In this document: positions 1 to 12,452 of the stretch, piece after piece
Layout: each line of letters opens with the position of its first letter
Numbering within the stretch: the stretch's first letter is position 1
Source: Amoebophrya sp. A120
Taxonomy: Eukaryota; Protista; Dinoflagellata
NCBI GenBank assembly: GCA_905178155.1
Contig: CAJINV010000001.1
Location: 7,671,429-7,735,428 of the forward strand
DNA length: 64,000 nucleotides
Reading direction: 5' to 3'
Position numbers and translations under genes: made by a program
Notes under the pieces: model-generated
Databases searched by the model: none
What the model was told of the DNA's origin: nothing
What the model saw: only the letters and a program-made list of their open reading frames with translations

Positions 1-3000
1 ATAAATTGGCAACAAACACCAGCATCAACGTTAGTACGGTTTCGACAGCTCCTCGTCCTCTCCGAGGACGAGAGATATCGGCGAGCATCGATATTCGCGA
101 TCCCCTCTACCAGGAGCGCTACCTGAACAAGACCCCCTCTACCGCAGAGCTCATTTCTTCCGATGGAGAGACGGAACCGATTTCGTTCAAGCAGCAGCAC
201 GGAGCCGGGCTCCTCGCTGGCGCGTCGACGACTCGTTTCGGCTCGGGAAACGATATCGCAGAGGTATCGACGAGTGAGTATCTGGATCTAGCCACTCCTG
301 TCCGTGTCTCGTCTACCAATGAAGGCAGATTGTTTACCGCATTGACTGGATGCGACGCCCACGAGCAAGAGAAAACGTGGCCGAAACGCAATAGTGATGG
401 AAGCGTATCGGAGTGGAAATCCTGTCAGACGACGTGCCTCAAGGGGGGATCAGCATCCGCGCTGTACGATAAGGATCCGAGCTGGAAGCTTTACTTCCAA
501 GACGAGCCGGCCGAGTTCGAGCGGCCAACGTTCTGGCAAGCGTCGCCCAATGGTGACGACCAACACCCCACGGTGCAGTTTCACTTCAAGCAGGAGACAT
601 TCATCTCACGAGTGGTCGTGCATCCAGTGGCGGTCGGGGAGCATTCCGATAGTTGGTGTACTCACCGTGTCTGGCGAGCGCTCTATCTCGGCCATGACCA
701 GGTGCCCGACGGTGCGTCCACCTGGCATCGCACCGGCGTGCCAGACAAGCGAGCACAGCTCAACATCGGCATGGTGCCCGGAGCGGACGCATGCACGCAA
801 GATACGCTGAACGCGAAAACCGCAAACACGCAAGTTTACTGCACGAAGGTACCCGTGGCCAATTTATTAAATGCTCACTATCTACTTCGAACGGCTGGCG
901 AGCCTGTGAGTCCAGGCAGAGAGAAGAGAAGGGTAGGCAATTTGATAGGTATGCGAGGGCCGGGCTCCTCATCCTCAATGCCCTACTGATATGCATTTGC
1001 TTGGCGAAAAATTGGGCAAGCGCCCCGCCTCGGCTAAACGCCGCCCGACTCGATCGCGCGATCGAAATTTTCCCCACCCTCCCGCCCTGGAGTGGTATCA
1101 GGATCGTGCATATTCGCTGGCAGGCTTTGCCTACCCTCTTCCCCATTGAAGGAATATGAAATAAGCAGCTAGCAATACATGGTATAGGAGCGTCAGTTTC
1201 TGCATCAGTCTCTTCAGCGCCAGCTCGTTCTCACTCTCTAGCGAATCAGTTTTCCCTTTCGTACTGCACAAAGGTCCCGAGGGGAGGGAGCAACGACCGC
1301 ACCTGCTACACAGACGAGTTCGGGTTCTCGGACAAGGCCAGGAATACAGGGGAGCCGCGCGTAACGGGATGGTATCGCCGACTGGCGGTGGGCCCTGAGT
1401 ATATCAATGTGCGACGCATGAGGTTTGAGTGTGACCCGGTGAGCGTCCACGGAAGGTCGCTCGTGATTGAGTGGCCTTGGTGGGGGCATCTTCCGTATTT
1501 CTTTGCTCTGCGCCACGTCGAGATCCACGGCTACACCACAACCAGCACCACCACAGCCTGTCCGCTCCGGGCGGGTGCGGCGGTCGCGGTGCGTCGGGTT
1601 CTCAGGAAGGGAAACAACGCAACTGATGCGCTTTGCCGAATCGCGGCGGGCCCCGGGGTGAGCGAGACAGCCAGCGTCCGCTGTTGCCCTGACATTTCGC
1701 CGCAACAGATGATTACCATGACCAACTATCTCTGGGGAGCCAGCTGTGACGTGACGACAAACCTCGCGTACTGCGCGGCGGCGGACTTTTGCGGAGAGGC
1801 GCGGGTCCTGATGGAGGACGGCAGTCCCGAAATCAGCTCGCGTTTGTGCGCAACCTCCAGCGAGCTGCAGAGGCAAGAGGGTACGGGATGCGCGCTCGAT
1901 TGGGAGTATCTGTGGACGAGAGAGGAATGCTTCCTGTGCACGTGCGAAAACGGAGTCGCGGCGCCCTCCATGGCAGCCGGGTGTCCGGCGAGCGGTGGAA
2001 ACGTCTGCCTGGAGTGCGAAAACGGGTACACCCTCAAAGGAAACGAGTGCGCGCTCAAGGAATGTACCTGCCCCCACGGAGAACCCTCCGAACCGCACGA
2101 GTGCCCAGGAGACGGCGTGGAGCACTGCATAGCCTGCGATACAACGGGTTATTATTTGGAAGACAACAAGTGCGCGCTCAAGAAATGTACCTGCCCCGGC
2201 GACGGAGTCGGAGAACCCGCAACCGGCACCTTATCAGATGTGAAGACAGCTGCATCCCCCTGCCGAACTCCACCTCGTTGTAGTGCAACCCATAGCACAA
2301 CAAATACAAATGATAGAAAACCAAATTGTAACGCACTTATGTGAACAACAAATAAAAAATGCAGCGACATGATGAAAGCAGTACGAAAATTAGAAAAATA
2401 GAGAGCTTGATTAGTATCTGTATGACCACAAGTCCGCGAGGCATGAATGTTGTGTTTGGCATATTTATTAGTGTGAGCGGTCGTGTTGCCTACGAGAATC
2501 GAGGAGAGAGGGATTGTCTCTCACCTAATACCGGAGTTGCCCGAGTCACAATACGGAAGCCTGTGCGTCGTGTACCGCTCCTGGCTATGAGCTAAACGCT
2601 AATAGTAAGCAGTGCGAATGCACTGCGTCTGGCTTTCACGTGAACACCGATACAAACATCTGTGAGGGCAAGGTGTGTCACTGCGACAACGGAAATCCCG
2701 CGACCGGCACTGCGTGCCCCTCCCAGGACGATCACAAGTGTCAGTCGTGCTTTACCGATCAAGGCTACGTGAAAAACAACAACGACAGGTGCGTCGCGCA
2801 ATTCCAGTGCACCTGCAACGGCGGGACTGCGGCGACGGGCGACAGTTGCACTACTCACAACGTCGAACACTGCACGAGCTGTAACGCTAATCATGCACTC
2901 ACGCCTGTTAGCGGGGGCAAGAAGCACTGTTACGAGAAGTGTAAAAATAGGAACGCAGCGTGGTGCGCCAGCAACAGTGTAGATAATGGAAAAAATCGCG

Positions 3001-6000
3001 CTGCGTACTGGGACAACCCAAGTGACTGGGCGGGAAGCAGTGTCTGCGCTGCCAAGGCCTGCGATATCAGCACGGACCTGAACACCTGTTGCCGCCAGAA
3101 GTGTACCCATCCGGCCACGGGAGACTGCAACGGAAATCTCCAAAAATGGGACGTGGAGGAATACTCTTTCACCAAGAAGGGAACGCAAGGTCTAGCGAAT
3201 GGTTCCTGTCACAACACCGGAAACACCTGCGACGCTGCTAACAGCGACCATGCAGCTTGTTGTCAAAGAGATTGCAACATGAAAGACTGCAACGCGAAGG
3301 AGTTTGGGAACCCAAACTACCGAATGTATTTTTTGAAGCTCCACCCTCCGCATCCGTTCGTGTGCAGCGGCTACTTGTGCGGTGATGACGAATCTGTTGG
3401 TACTTGTTGCGAGAAAAGCTGCCAACGACCCAGCTCGCAGAACGACTACTTCGGCTATAACTTGGGCAGTGGGAAAGCTGTCGGCACGCTCTCGGACTGG
3501 AAAGAGGTGATCGGAGACGCCCGGCCGGGGGATTCACACAAGGACGAAAACGCCGGCGAGGGGCGCACCAGCTCGCTTCTGCAATGTGATTCCACCACCC
3601 ACATCGGGACCGCGTACTACCGGTGTACGAGCGCCGACGAGGAGCTGGCACTCACCGGCTGCCGGCAAAAGTGCAGTGCCACGGCCCTCAACTGCCAGAC
3701 CGAGCACAGTCGGACCCAGAAACCCTATTTCGATCCAGAAACCACCGTCTGTTTTTCAAACCGGTGCGACGCAACTAGGCAAGCAGACGTGGAGGCGTGC
3801 TGCGTTCCCAAATGCAGAGACGCCTTTTTCGGGAGCGGCAGCACGTGTCCGGGCCCCAGCGAAGGGTTTGTGGAAGGTGGGAATCGATCCGCCGCTGACT
3901 TCTGCTCTCCAGATTGTACAGCCGCTCAAGAGACCGTCTCCTGCTGCACCCGACGCAAAGTGTGCCCGCACATTCACCGCGTGACCCCAGACCCGCTGGC
4001 CATCTTTACGAGCGACGGAAATCTAGCCGCCTACTTTGGTGACGTCAACGAACACGGCGTCGTTGCAACGGAGAGCGAACTAAATTGCAAGCACGAAGAG
4101 TACCACATCAGTAATTTTGTGCCAATTTTCTCCCACCCTACTCTCATTTGGCTCCAACTGATTTTGCATCAATACCGATGATTTGTGTAGGTCGGTGGCG
4201 ACCTTGACCTAGGCGACGTCGCGCAGTAGTAGTTTGTAAAAGCTGCTTTCGTTTCTTCTAGCGCTAGCACAAAATCAGCTTGGCTGTGAAAATGCCTGGT
4301 CTCGAAGATAAGCTTGCTCGATTTGCATGATCTTGATCGTTGATACTTCGGTAGAGAGGCCCTAAGTCGTCCTGTGTCACAAATGAGATCGGGTCGGTGA
4401 AGATGAAATTGTCGTACAGGATACCAGCGTGTGGCTAAGCGGTCAATACGCCGTCTCCGGAACATTCTCCACAGAGCAGCGACTGAGGTTCTGTGCGGGC
4501 AGCGGCGAGTGCGACCCCGGTACTGCCAGCGCGCCGCTGGACGTTGTGGAGTGTTGCGAGCGGTACGAATCGCATGATGGATGGTTCTGTGACTCTTTCA
4601 ACACTCCGCGTTTCTACGCCTCTGAGGAAGCAGCCAAGCGAGCCTGCGACATTGGCTTCTGGGACACCGAGAACGAGGAGGTCGCGACGACGCTGTGCTA
4701 CGGATACCAGTATGACGGAAACTTTTTCAACTCCGAATTGCGAGAGACTTATGAAAAAGACAGTGCTGGTCTAGGTCTTGATGCTGAACAAGTTTTTGAA
4801 GTCTACGGGATGTGGAGCTTACTCCTGCCTCCGATTGAGCAGGTAGGCGACTCCGCCGTGATCGAGAAGGACGGCAAGGAGTATTTTGCCTACCAGCTCG
4901 CCGCAGACAACAGCAACATCGAGAAATCGAAATCGTCCTATCGACGGCATTCCAGTCATGGAATGAAGCCAAACTGCGCGGAAGTTTCAAGCAGCAGCAC
5001 CACTTCCAGTACGGAAAAGTATAACGCGACCAGCATTTCGGCCGGTGCGAACAGGGTGTTGTTAAAGAACTCGCGGGTGCCTGCGACGACGGAAGATTCA
5101 TTGGTGACTGTGAATTCCCAGTTCCTGAATGTTGAGCGATTGGCCGCATTGTTTCCACTGGAGGATGAAGTAGGTGGCAAACTTGCCGGGTTGTCCGAAG
5201 TTACCATCCGAATGCTCATGCATTCGAGTGAGGTGCAGGACCTGGAAAAAGAGCAGCAGGAGGCTGCATCATTGGAGAACGAGGAGAGCACTTCTGCAGC
5301 GGCTACTTCCGCGACCTCTAGTTTTGCAACACTCTTCGGCTCTGCTTTGCAAGAGCATGACGGCTCCTTATCAGACGAAGACCATCTTCACACGAGGAGA
5401 CGAAAGGCTGCAAGTCACCACCGGAATGAACTAAAAGAAGTGGGGTCGCACGGTAGGAAAGAGCGAAATAGCAGAAGGAGCTCCGCGGGAGGAGGAACTG
5501 GTCTCGGCCAGCAATACAAAGCAATCAAAAACGATACTACCTTTGGCGTTAAAGTGCAGCGAGCTATCGAAAGTAGCTTCAACCGATATCTCGTGGAGTC
5601 GGGACGGAGCTTCGATGTGATAGAGGGGTCAACCTTTACAGGTGGCGAGGATGGTGTCTCTTCAGCTGCGTCAAATGCAACCGAGGACGCTGATAGCGGC
5701 GGCGCGAGGCTGTCCTCTTCCTTGATACGGAAAGAGGAAGGTGGTCATGCTATCAACACGAATAAACGAGTGCAACAAGAAGGAGCACACACGAACTCCC
5801 TGGGTTCGCAGGTACGTAACCACAAACAAATGACGGCGCTTCATCTGGATTTGACAGAACAACAGCAGCAGCAACTTCGCAACACGCAAAGAATTGAACA
5901 GGCCATGGATGGTACCACTACAGCAATTGACCGCCTGTCAGTATTGGGCGGAAAAGTCGCGTCCGCAGACGAGGAGGGCGGGAACCCCTTCAACTTTTCC

Positions 6001-7332
6001 GCGTACTTCCTCGGCGCCATGCCGACGGCTGGCACCGAGGCAGCCAACAAGTTCCAGAATAACACAGAGCTGGATGAGATCATCACGAAGGCCATACAGA
6101 GGCACATTCTGAAGAAGTACCATAACGCGACCAAGAATACGACGACCTTGCGCTTGGACGGAATTTCCGTCCAACTGCGGCGCGAAGTTACTTTTCTCGG
6201 TATCGCGGATGCCAAGGCCGCTGCTGGTGGCGCGGATTCGCCGGCAGCGTCCTCGCTCCTTTTCGTCCAAGACCGGGAGCATCAGCAACAATTGGGCGCG
6301 CTGATGAGCGCAGAGCTCGACAAGGAACTTGACCTGGAGATGGCAACTTTTTTGGCCGCAGCCCGCAGGTCCAAGCTGCACCTGTCACCAACGTTCCAGC
6401 TGTTTCACGCCCGGAAGATGGAGAAAATCCTCATCGCCAAGCAGCGCAAGCGACTTGCCGAGGAAAACCGGAAAAGAGAGGCACGGCGGCGCGACCTGGT
6501 GGTGGAAAGCATGCGGAAGATGAAGAAGAAACAGCAGCTTTCGTCGGCGGGAGAGAAAAACAATAAAGGTCTTCACAAATATGCTGCGAAGACAGGAACT
6601 GGGGCGCAAGGGGGTGACCGAGCAGTTTCATCCGGCGCTAGAGGAGCAAGTGCGGAGACAAAACCAACAGAAAAATTGGTCACGCCGCGTTTCTCGTTCT
6701 TCGCCCTCCTCGAAAGACGCAGCCAGACCCTACTGAAAAAGGAAGCAGCAGAAAAAAACGCAACAAAAAGCGGCCCACCGTTCACTCTTTGGTGCGACTT
6801 GCAGCCCTCCGCGCTGGACGAAATCGACAGCTGGATCAATCCGTGTCTTGTGTTATTTGAGTACCCTGGTAGTATCGGGTTTGTGGGTCTCATCATTTCT
6901 TTCGTTATCACTTGTCTGATCGTCTGCCGCCACTACCTTTTGTGCAGACAGCGCAAGCGCCCCGCGGATCCAGCTCTGGTTCTGCTGGAGGGCGTCGGAC
7001 ATGAAGACGCACTTCTGGCGGGAGAATCGGCCGCTCCTGACCCCGCGGGTGCGCTGAAAAAGAAGCAGAAGAAGACCAAGAAAATGGAAAAGGAAAAGGC
7101 GGAGTCGAAAGTTGCGGGCATGAAATTGGGAATGACCACGGGAGGTGGGTCGTACACTGTGCAGCGTTCTCCAGCACTGCCCGGCGGCGGCGGAAGGCAG
7201 CCCGCAAACAAGGCACTCTCCGCCGCAGCTAGCGGTGGCTTTGCAGGGGCAAGTGCGGGTTTTGGCGCAGCTGTATCCGGCTCTGCTGCGTTCGGAGCGC
7301 CGAAAGCTACCCGTGGCTTCGGAAAGTACTAG
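1..7332 (+). CDS. Large Cys-rich type I membrane/surface protein (5' partial; 4 exons ~<1-848, 1274-2230, 2535-4111, 4428-7332)
   Basis: Four consecutive ORFs (6..989, 1388..2344, 2640..4181, 4429..7332) join in frame across three inferred introns. There is a discoidin-like segment (FWQASPNGDDQHPTVQFHFKQETFISRVVVHP), repeated furin/VSP-like Cys units (CTCPxGxPATGTxCPSxxxxCxSC), and a single TM helix (IGFVGLIISFVITCLIVC) followed by a basic tail. Confidence 0.75.
849..1273 (+). other. GT-AG intron bounded by a 17-bp direct repeat
   Basis: AAG|GTACCC...CAAAG|GTCCCG. tactgcacgaaggtacc (837-853) vs tactgcacaaaggtccc (1262-1278). Removal joins YCTK to VPRGGSNDR in the frame of ORF 1388. Confidence 0.75.
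2232..2530 (+). mobile_element. Aged TIR introner element (non-canonical intron ~2231-2534)
   Basis: Left end tatcagatgtgaagaca vs reverse complement of right end tattaggtgagagaca. TSD is decayed (cacct/ccgga). Removing 304 nt gives PATGT|SCPSHNTEACASC, matching neighbouring Cys repeats. Confidence 0.65.
4113..4423 (+). mobile_element. Aged TIR introner element (non-canonical intron ~4112-4427)
   Basis: Imperfect ~40-bp TIR (aattttgtgccaattttctcccaccctactctcattt / aaatgagatcgggtcggtgaagatgaaattgtcgtacaggata). Flanks are tcagt/ccagc. Removing 316 nt joins EEYHIS to VWLSGQY. Confidence 0.55.
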
Positions 7333-8693
7333 AACTGAGATTCTGTAGAATTCTTTTGGTCTCAACGTCAAGGAACTAATTATCGCTGTCACTATTCGCC
7401 GTCTTGTGCTCCATATGTAGTTTTTCTTTTTCCGATATGTCGTGCCTTGGCTGTGAATTTATAATATTAGTTCGTTATGATGTTCATGTTTCGGTGTGCT
7501 GTTTTTCTTTTTGGTAGTTTTCGTTTTTCGCTATTAATTTTTTCTTTGTTCTCGCCCAGAAGTTGGCGCTGAGCGTTTCTGCTTGATTTCAATCTACAAA
7601 GGTTTTCTGTCAAGAAGCACTGATTACAACTACAAGTTTCGTCAATCTAAGTACTCAATATTTCGTTGTCTTGTGTCTGATGAGATGTCATGGCACGAGG
7701 ACTGGCTCCCTCTGTAATTGCAATTGCTCGAGCGCTAAACGAAGAGCTCGCTTAGCGATCCCAACTGCACAAGTACCATATGGTGTAGCCGTCGCTCCTG
7801 TTTTTTTAAGTACTGCTCTCCTTTACACATAGTTGGAACTGGACGTTTAGTTTCGTGAGTTTGCTTTCTATTTATTTCGCTTTGTTGCCGCGCTTCGTCG
7901 CCGCTGCACTATAACTTTTATTTTCTCGGGTGGACCGAAGATTCAGATTGCATGATGACCTCAAAGCTGTCGATCAAAATGAAATATTTTGAAGCGGTGT
8001 ACGTCGCCAAGACTGACCACACAGCTGCCCTCACGGGCGCCACGTCTTCTCGCAGTTCCTGCGAGTTCGACCTAGGTGATAAAAAATATGAGTCAAAAAA
8101 CGTCAGTCTTTCTGTAAAGTTCGATTCGTTGCATCGTCGTGCGGGCTACTCGTTGATATTCGGTTGAATGAAATGTCAATGTGGTCTCCTATCGTTAAAT
8201 CGTGAGGTCCCGGTTTTGCCGCGGTCGTCAACAGTTCTCAGGCAATCGATCCAGCAGTATCCTACTCCTGTCTCAGTCGTTTCTGGTCTACCGTTGTTTT
8301 AGAAAAACTTCGGTTGCGTCGGCATTTCATATGTTGGGCCGCATCGCTGATGCCAGGGTCGTAACGTTAGTGTCTGATCCGACATGATGATTTTCAAACT
8401 TCTCAGTGTCGTCGCAAGCAGTCGTAGTATCTGTTGGTCTCCTAGTACTTCTAGTTGCACACTATTGGAGTTGGCCTTAAGATTCTTGCTCGCAATTTCG
8501 GCGGTACTTGGCTCTTTAACTGATCCATGCAGGGCGATGCAAGGCATCGAACTGCGCGCGGCCAGAAAGTGTGTGTGCTAGTAGCTTATTTATAATCCGG
8601 CAGTCCAGCAACAGCAAGCTCAAGCTGTGCTGACTTTGAGAAACACAAGCATACTGATTGCATTCAGCGCAAGCGCTGAATCCACTTTAAAAA

Positions 8694-11600
8694 ATGTTTG
8701 GTGGCGGGCGAAAGGTTCCATTCATGGAGGCTGTCTCCTACTTTGTGGCGACCATGGTTGGCGCCGTGATTTGCTTCTTGCCCGCGCAAGTCGCAAAGGG
8801 AGGCATCTACGGTGGCATGATTTTTGGTCTTGGCGTCGGCTACGTCATGTTCTGCATGGCGGCCTTGGCGGTGCCGCGATGCATCGACCTCTGCGAGGAG
8901 CTGGAGGATGCGCGCCAGCGTGGCGGCCTTGGGGAACAAGCAAATCCACCATCTCCAGGCGACGACGACGACGAGGAGACACAGATCGCACGAGAGGTGT
9001 CCAAGGAAACGGCAGCGGCCCTCAGCCTTCCTGCCAACGCGGTTCTTGGCAAAGGTGGACAAGAGGGAACAAAGAGTACTAGCCCAACAAAAAACCGAAC
9101 GGGTAGCACCGCTGCACAGGATCATAGTACAACAATCACAGATACACAACAAGCAGGAGCATCGGCAGCGTCCTCGTCTGCTAGGCAGGAAGATGAAGCT
9201 CCCACCCCCTCTGCGGTTAATACAACCCCGCGGCCGCCCAAGCCAGTGAGACCCCGCCCAGCTTTCCTGGGGCTGCCCGACGTCGCCGCGATTGCCTTCG
9301 GCAGCCGCACGTGGCACCGGGTCACGGTCGTCTGCATCAGCCTCCTGCTGACCCTCACCTGTTCGGTGTACCTGCTGATCTTGGGCGGCAGCCTGCACGC
9401 CACGGTCCGGGAGATCCGTGTGCTGACCGGCAACGACGCGCTGATGGCGACCCCGCCCCCCGTCGCTGTGCCGGGAGAGCTCCTCGCCGCCACCGCCTGC
9501 ATGGCGCTGCTCGTGCAAGTGCGCGATGTATCCGCCCTGGCGCGGCTCAGCATTGTCGGAACCACCGCCGTTGTCTTTGTGGTCCTGTTGTTCATTTGCA
9601 TGCCCATCTTGCTCGGATCGGAGCACATCGAAAAGGCACTGGAAGGTACTGATAAAGAAACTGTGTGTAGAAGTCGTGCAGTGCTGTCAAGTCAGTAATT
9701 TACTTCCTGCACAGCTTCTAGAGCTAAGGTTGCTCTGTCCCGCCTAGTTGCAACACACGATCATTGTTGAAGTTTATGTGCTTTTCACTGCATGATTTTC
9801 GTGACGAACGAGCAAAATTATACCCTTGACTTCAAAACGTCGTAAAAATTTATTGCAGGCAAGGAGCCCTTCGAGAAAGCGCAGCTGTCGCAGTTTCGAG
9901 AGGGACCGGGTTCGTCCATTCTGTACGGCAGCGGGATCACCCATGTTCTCCCTACCGGTCCGTCCAAGGTGGACGGGCCGCACGAACTCAGCGGCGCGGG
10001 TCGCAGCAGTGCGACGAACAGCGTGCTGGTTTGGGGCAAGGACTCCATCGTGCGCGAAGTCGTTGTGCACCCCGAAACGGAGTTTTTCTGGCAGGGCGCC
10101 AGCACGATCACGGAGTGCCTCGGTGTCGTCGGCTTCGCCTACGCCTGCGCCTTCGTGGCCCCCCATGTGCGCGCCTCCATGGAGCAGCCCCACCGCGTCT
10201 CCTATTACAATGAAAAATACCTCCACCCCCGAACTTTGGAGCATTTGTATTGCAAACCTCTCCAAATGAAACATTCGCCCTCTTGCATCTATCAGCATCA
10301 CAGGTTTCCAATCGTGAATAGCAAAAATTTGTATTGCAAAAGACCCCAGCAAGAGCGGCGCTTGTCATGCAAGCGATGCGATACACGCCTAGACTCTGCA
10401 TCAGAAAGATTCACACTTCTTTCATGCATGACAAAAAGTTTTCATTTGGAAACTTCGCATCACAGATTTTTCAATTTCAGGGGTGGGGGGCATTTTTCAC
10501 TGTAATATCTCCGAGGCCTTGTTCACCGCGAACACCCTGGTACTCTATGCATTGCAAATATGTCTGGGTCTGGAAACTTGTGATCCTAATTTATGAATTG
10601 CGGGGACACGGCAATAGGCAGCCACGCATGGCAAGTTTCTGGGCTCCTATGTGTTTCGCTTTCCGCATGACAAACTACATTTTTGCATGACAAACTACAT
10701 TTTTACAAACCGGCAGAAAATGGGGCCACGGAAGCGTTCTTGCTGGACATTACCAACATTTGCCCATGCAGAGCCGTCCTCTTGCCGGACACAACCAACA
10801 TCTGTCCGAAACAGCCTAGGGCCAAGACGACACCGTGAGGACGACCACAGGGGGTCCGTCTCAATGATGATGATGATGATGACAGGCAAGAGGGTCTTTT
10901 GCTGCTCACGCATTACAGGTTCAAGAATCATGTGAGACAAGCATGACAAACTAACATCTGCATTCTTCCAGACCCAGACATTTTTGCATTTGATATACTC
11001 GTCCTGTACGCAATTGTCGTCGTCGCGGGGCTGGGCGGTATCGGCTACGTGCGGCTCCTGGCGGCCGATGGCGATATTTTTCGGTCGCTGCAAGAGTTTT
11101 CGACCACCATCGTGAAGAAGGCAGAATTCGAGCAGGAGGGCGACTTGAGTCTGAAGCTCGCCGAATCCCGCGACGGCGAGTTCTTGCTGTTGAAAAACCA
11201 GGCGCACTACTACAACAACGTGCCGCGCGGCGACGTGCTCTCGCTGCTCATGGCCCTGCTTAGTTTGGTCAAGGTCTTCATCAGCTACCCCTTGAACATT
11301 TGGCCGGTGCTGGTGGAAGCTGAAACCCGCATGGCGCGCTGGCTGTCCGCGGGCGAGGAGGCGGACGAGAATCAAGACGCGGACGACGTGGACCAGACAC
11401 GCCCGTTATTGGACGAGCAGATAACTACCGGAGGAGCTACCAGTGGGATGAAGAACAAGGGCCAGGAGAATAAGGTTCTCCCCGGCCGCGTCCCCGTCCG
11501 GGTTGCGGTCGTTGCGCGTTTGCTCGTGGTGCTCACCACATTCATCATTTGCGCACTGTTCGGGTTTCAAATGCGGCAGCTCTCCGCGGTGGCGGACTTC

Positions 11601-11822
11601 ACCATCGGGACCGCGGGCGCCTACGTCCTCATTTTCCTCCCGCTGCTTGCCCAGCAGGCGCTGCAGGCCAAGTTGCGGGAGCGAAAGAAAACGCGTGCTG
11701 ATACGTCTGATTACCTGCAGATGGGCCGACATGGCGTCATCTGCCTCATGGGGCTCTCGCTCTCTGGACACGCGCTGATCACCGCCCCCGGCCGGATTAG
11801 CGAGGCGCTTTCGGCAATATGA
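8694..11822 (+). CDS. Amino acid/auxin permease (AAAP, Aa_trans) family transporter; exons ~8694-9645, 9859-10201, 10512-10544, 11000-11822
   Basis: TM1 motif AVSYFVATMVGAVICFLPAQVAKGG, then GVVGFAYACAFVAPHVRASMEQP, then SYPLNIWP. One GT-AG intron (9646-9858) and two TIR elements; their removal gives MEQPHRVSEALFTANTLVLVLYAIVVVAGLGGIG. Confidence 0.85.
10203..10507 (+). mobile_element. TIR introner element, family B (305 bp, TSD tctcc)
   Basis: TIR tattacaatgaaaaatacctccacccc / ggggtggggggcatttttcactgtaata. Perfect 5-bp duplication at 10198-10202 and 10508-10512. Confidence 0.92.
10546..10995 (+). mobile_element. TIR introner element, family A-related (450 bp, TSD tactc)
   Basis: TIR tatgcattgcaaatatgtctgggtctggaa / ttccagacccagacatttttgcatttgata. 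TSD at 10541-10545 and 10996-11000. Internal 20-bp tandem duplication gcatgacaaactacattttt (10665-10704). Confidence 0.93.
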
Positions 11823-12452
11823 AGAAGAACTTACTTTCTAACTCAGTTTCGATTATGATAATCATGTACTTAAAAATATGATAATTATGCGTTAACAATC
11901 AAGATCAAGATCGCTTTAACAAACACAAAGGCGGGCCCGTTCAGCTGTACCGGCTCGGTCTTTTTTCAATTTCTAATCTCATCTATACCGTACTTACACT
12001 CCACTTGTATTTTTGCTTTGTATCTATTCACCTGTATTTGTTTCAAGATGGCATCAAAAACCTGCTTAGGTTCTACTTTCTAGGTGGTAGCGTATTCTCG
12101 ATTGCATTAACTCCGGTTATCGACCTCCATTTCTATTGATCCTACGAGAACGAAGCAACATAGAAGCAAAGTTCTGCGCGCAGCTTGGACACCGTGGAAT
12201 TTATTGCGAACCAAAGAGGAGTTGGAGCTCCAGCTGCTGTTCTTTACCATCAACGAGCTCCATCAACAGAAAAAGTGTCAACAGGTTTCGATGTTTCTAT
12301 CCAAAAGTGCGCTCGACCTACGTAGCACTGCGCCGTCATTCTGGTCTCATTGCATAAGAGCGACAAAGTAAGATAAATACGTAGGAGCACATTCGGACTA
12401 CTACATACTTTGACTTTTCTGACTCTGATTCTACTATCGACAAAACTGCAAG

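Noticed and set aside
9646-9858. Introner origin for the canonical introns at 9646, 12784, 45320, 56652 and 58481
   Set aside because: No convincing TIR or 5-bp TSD; they look like ordinary GT-AG introns.
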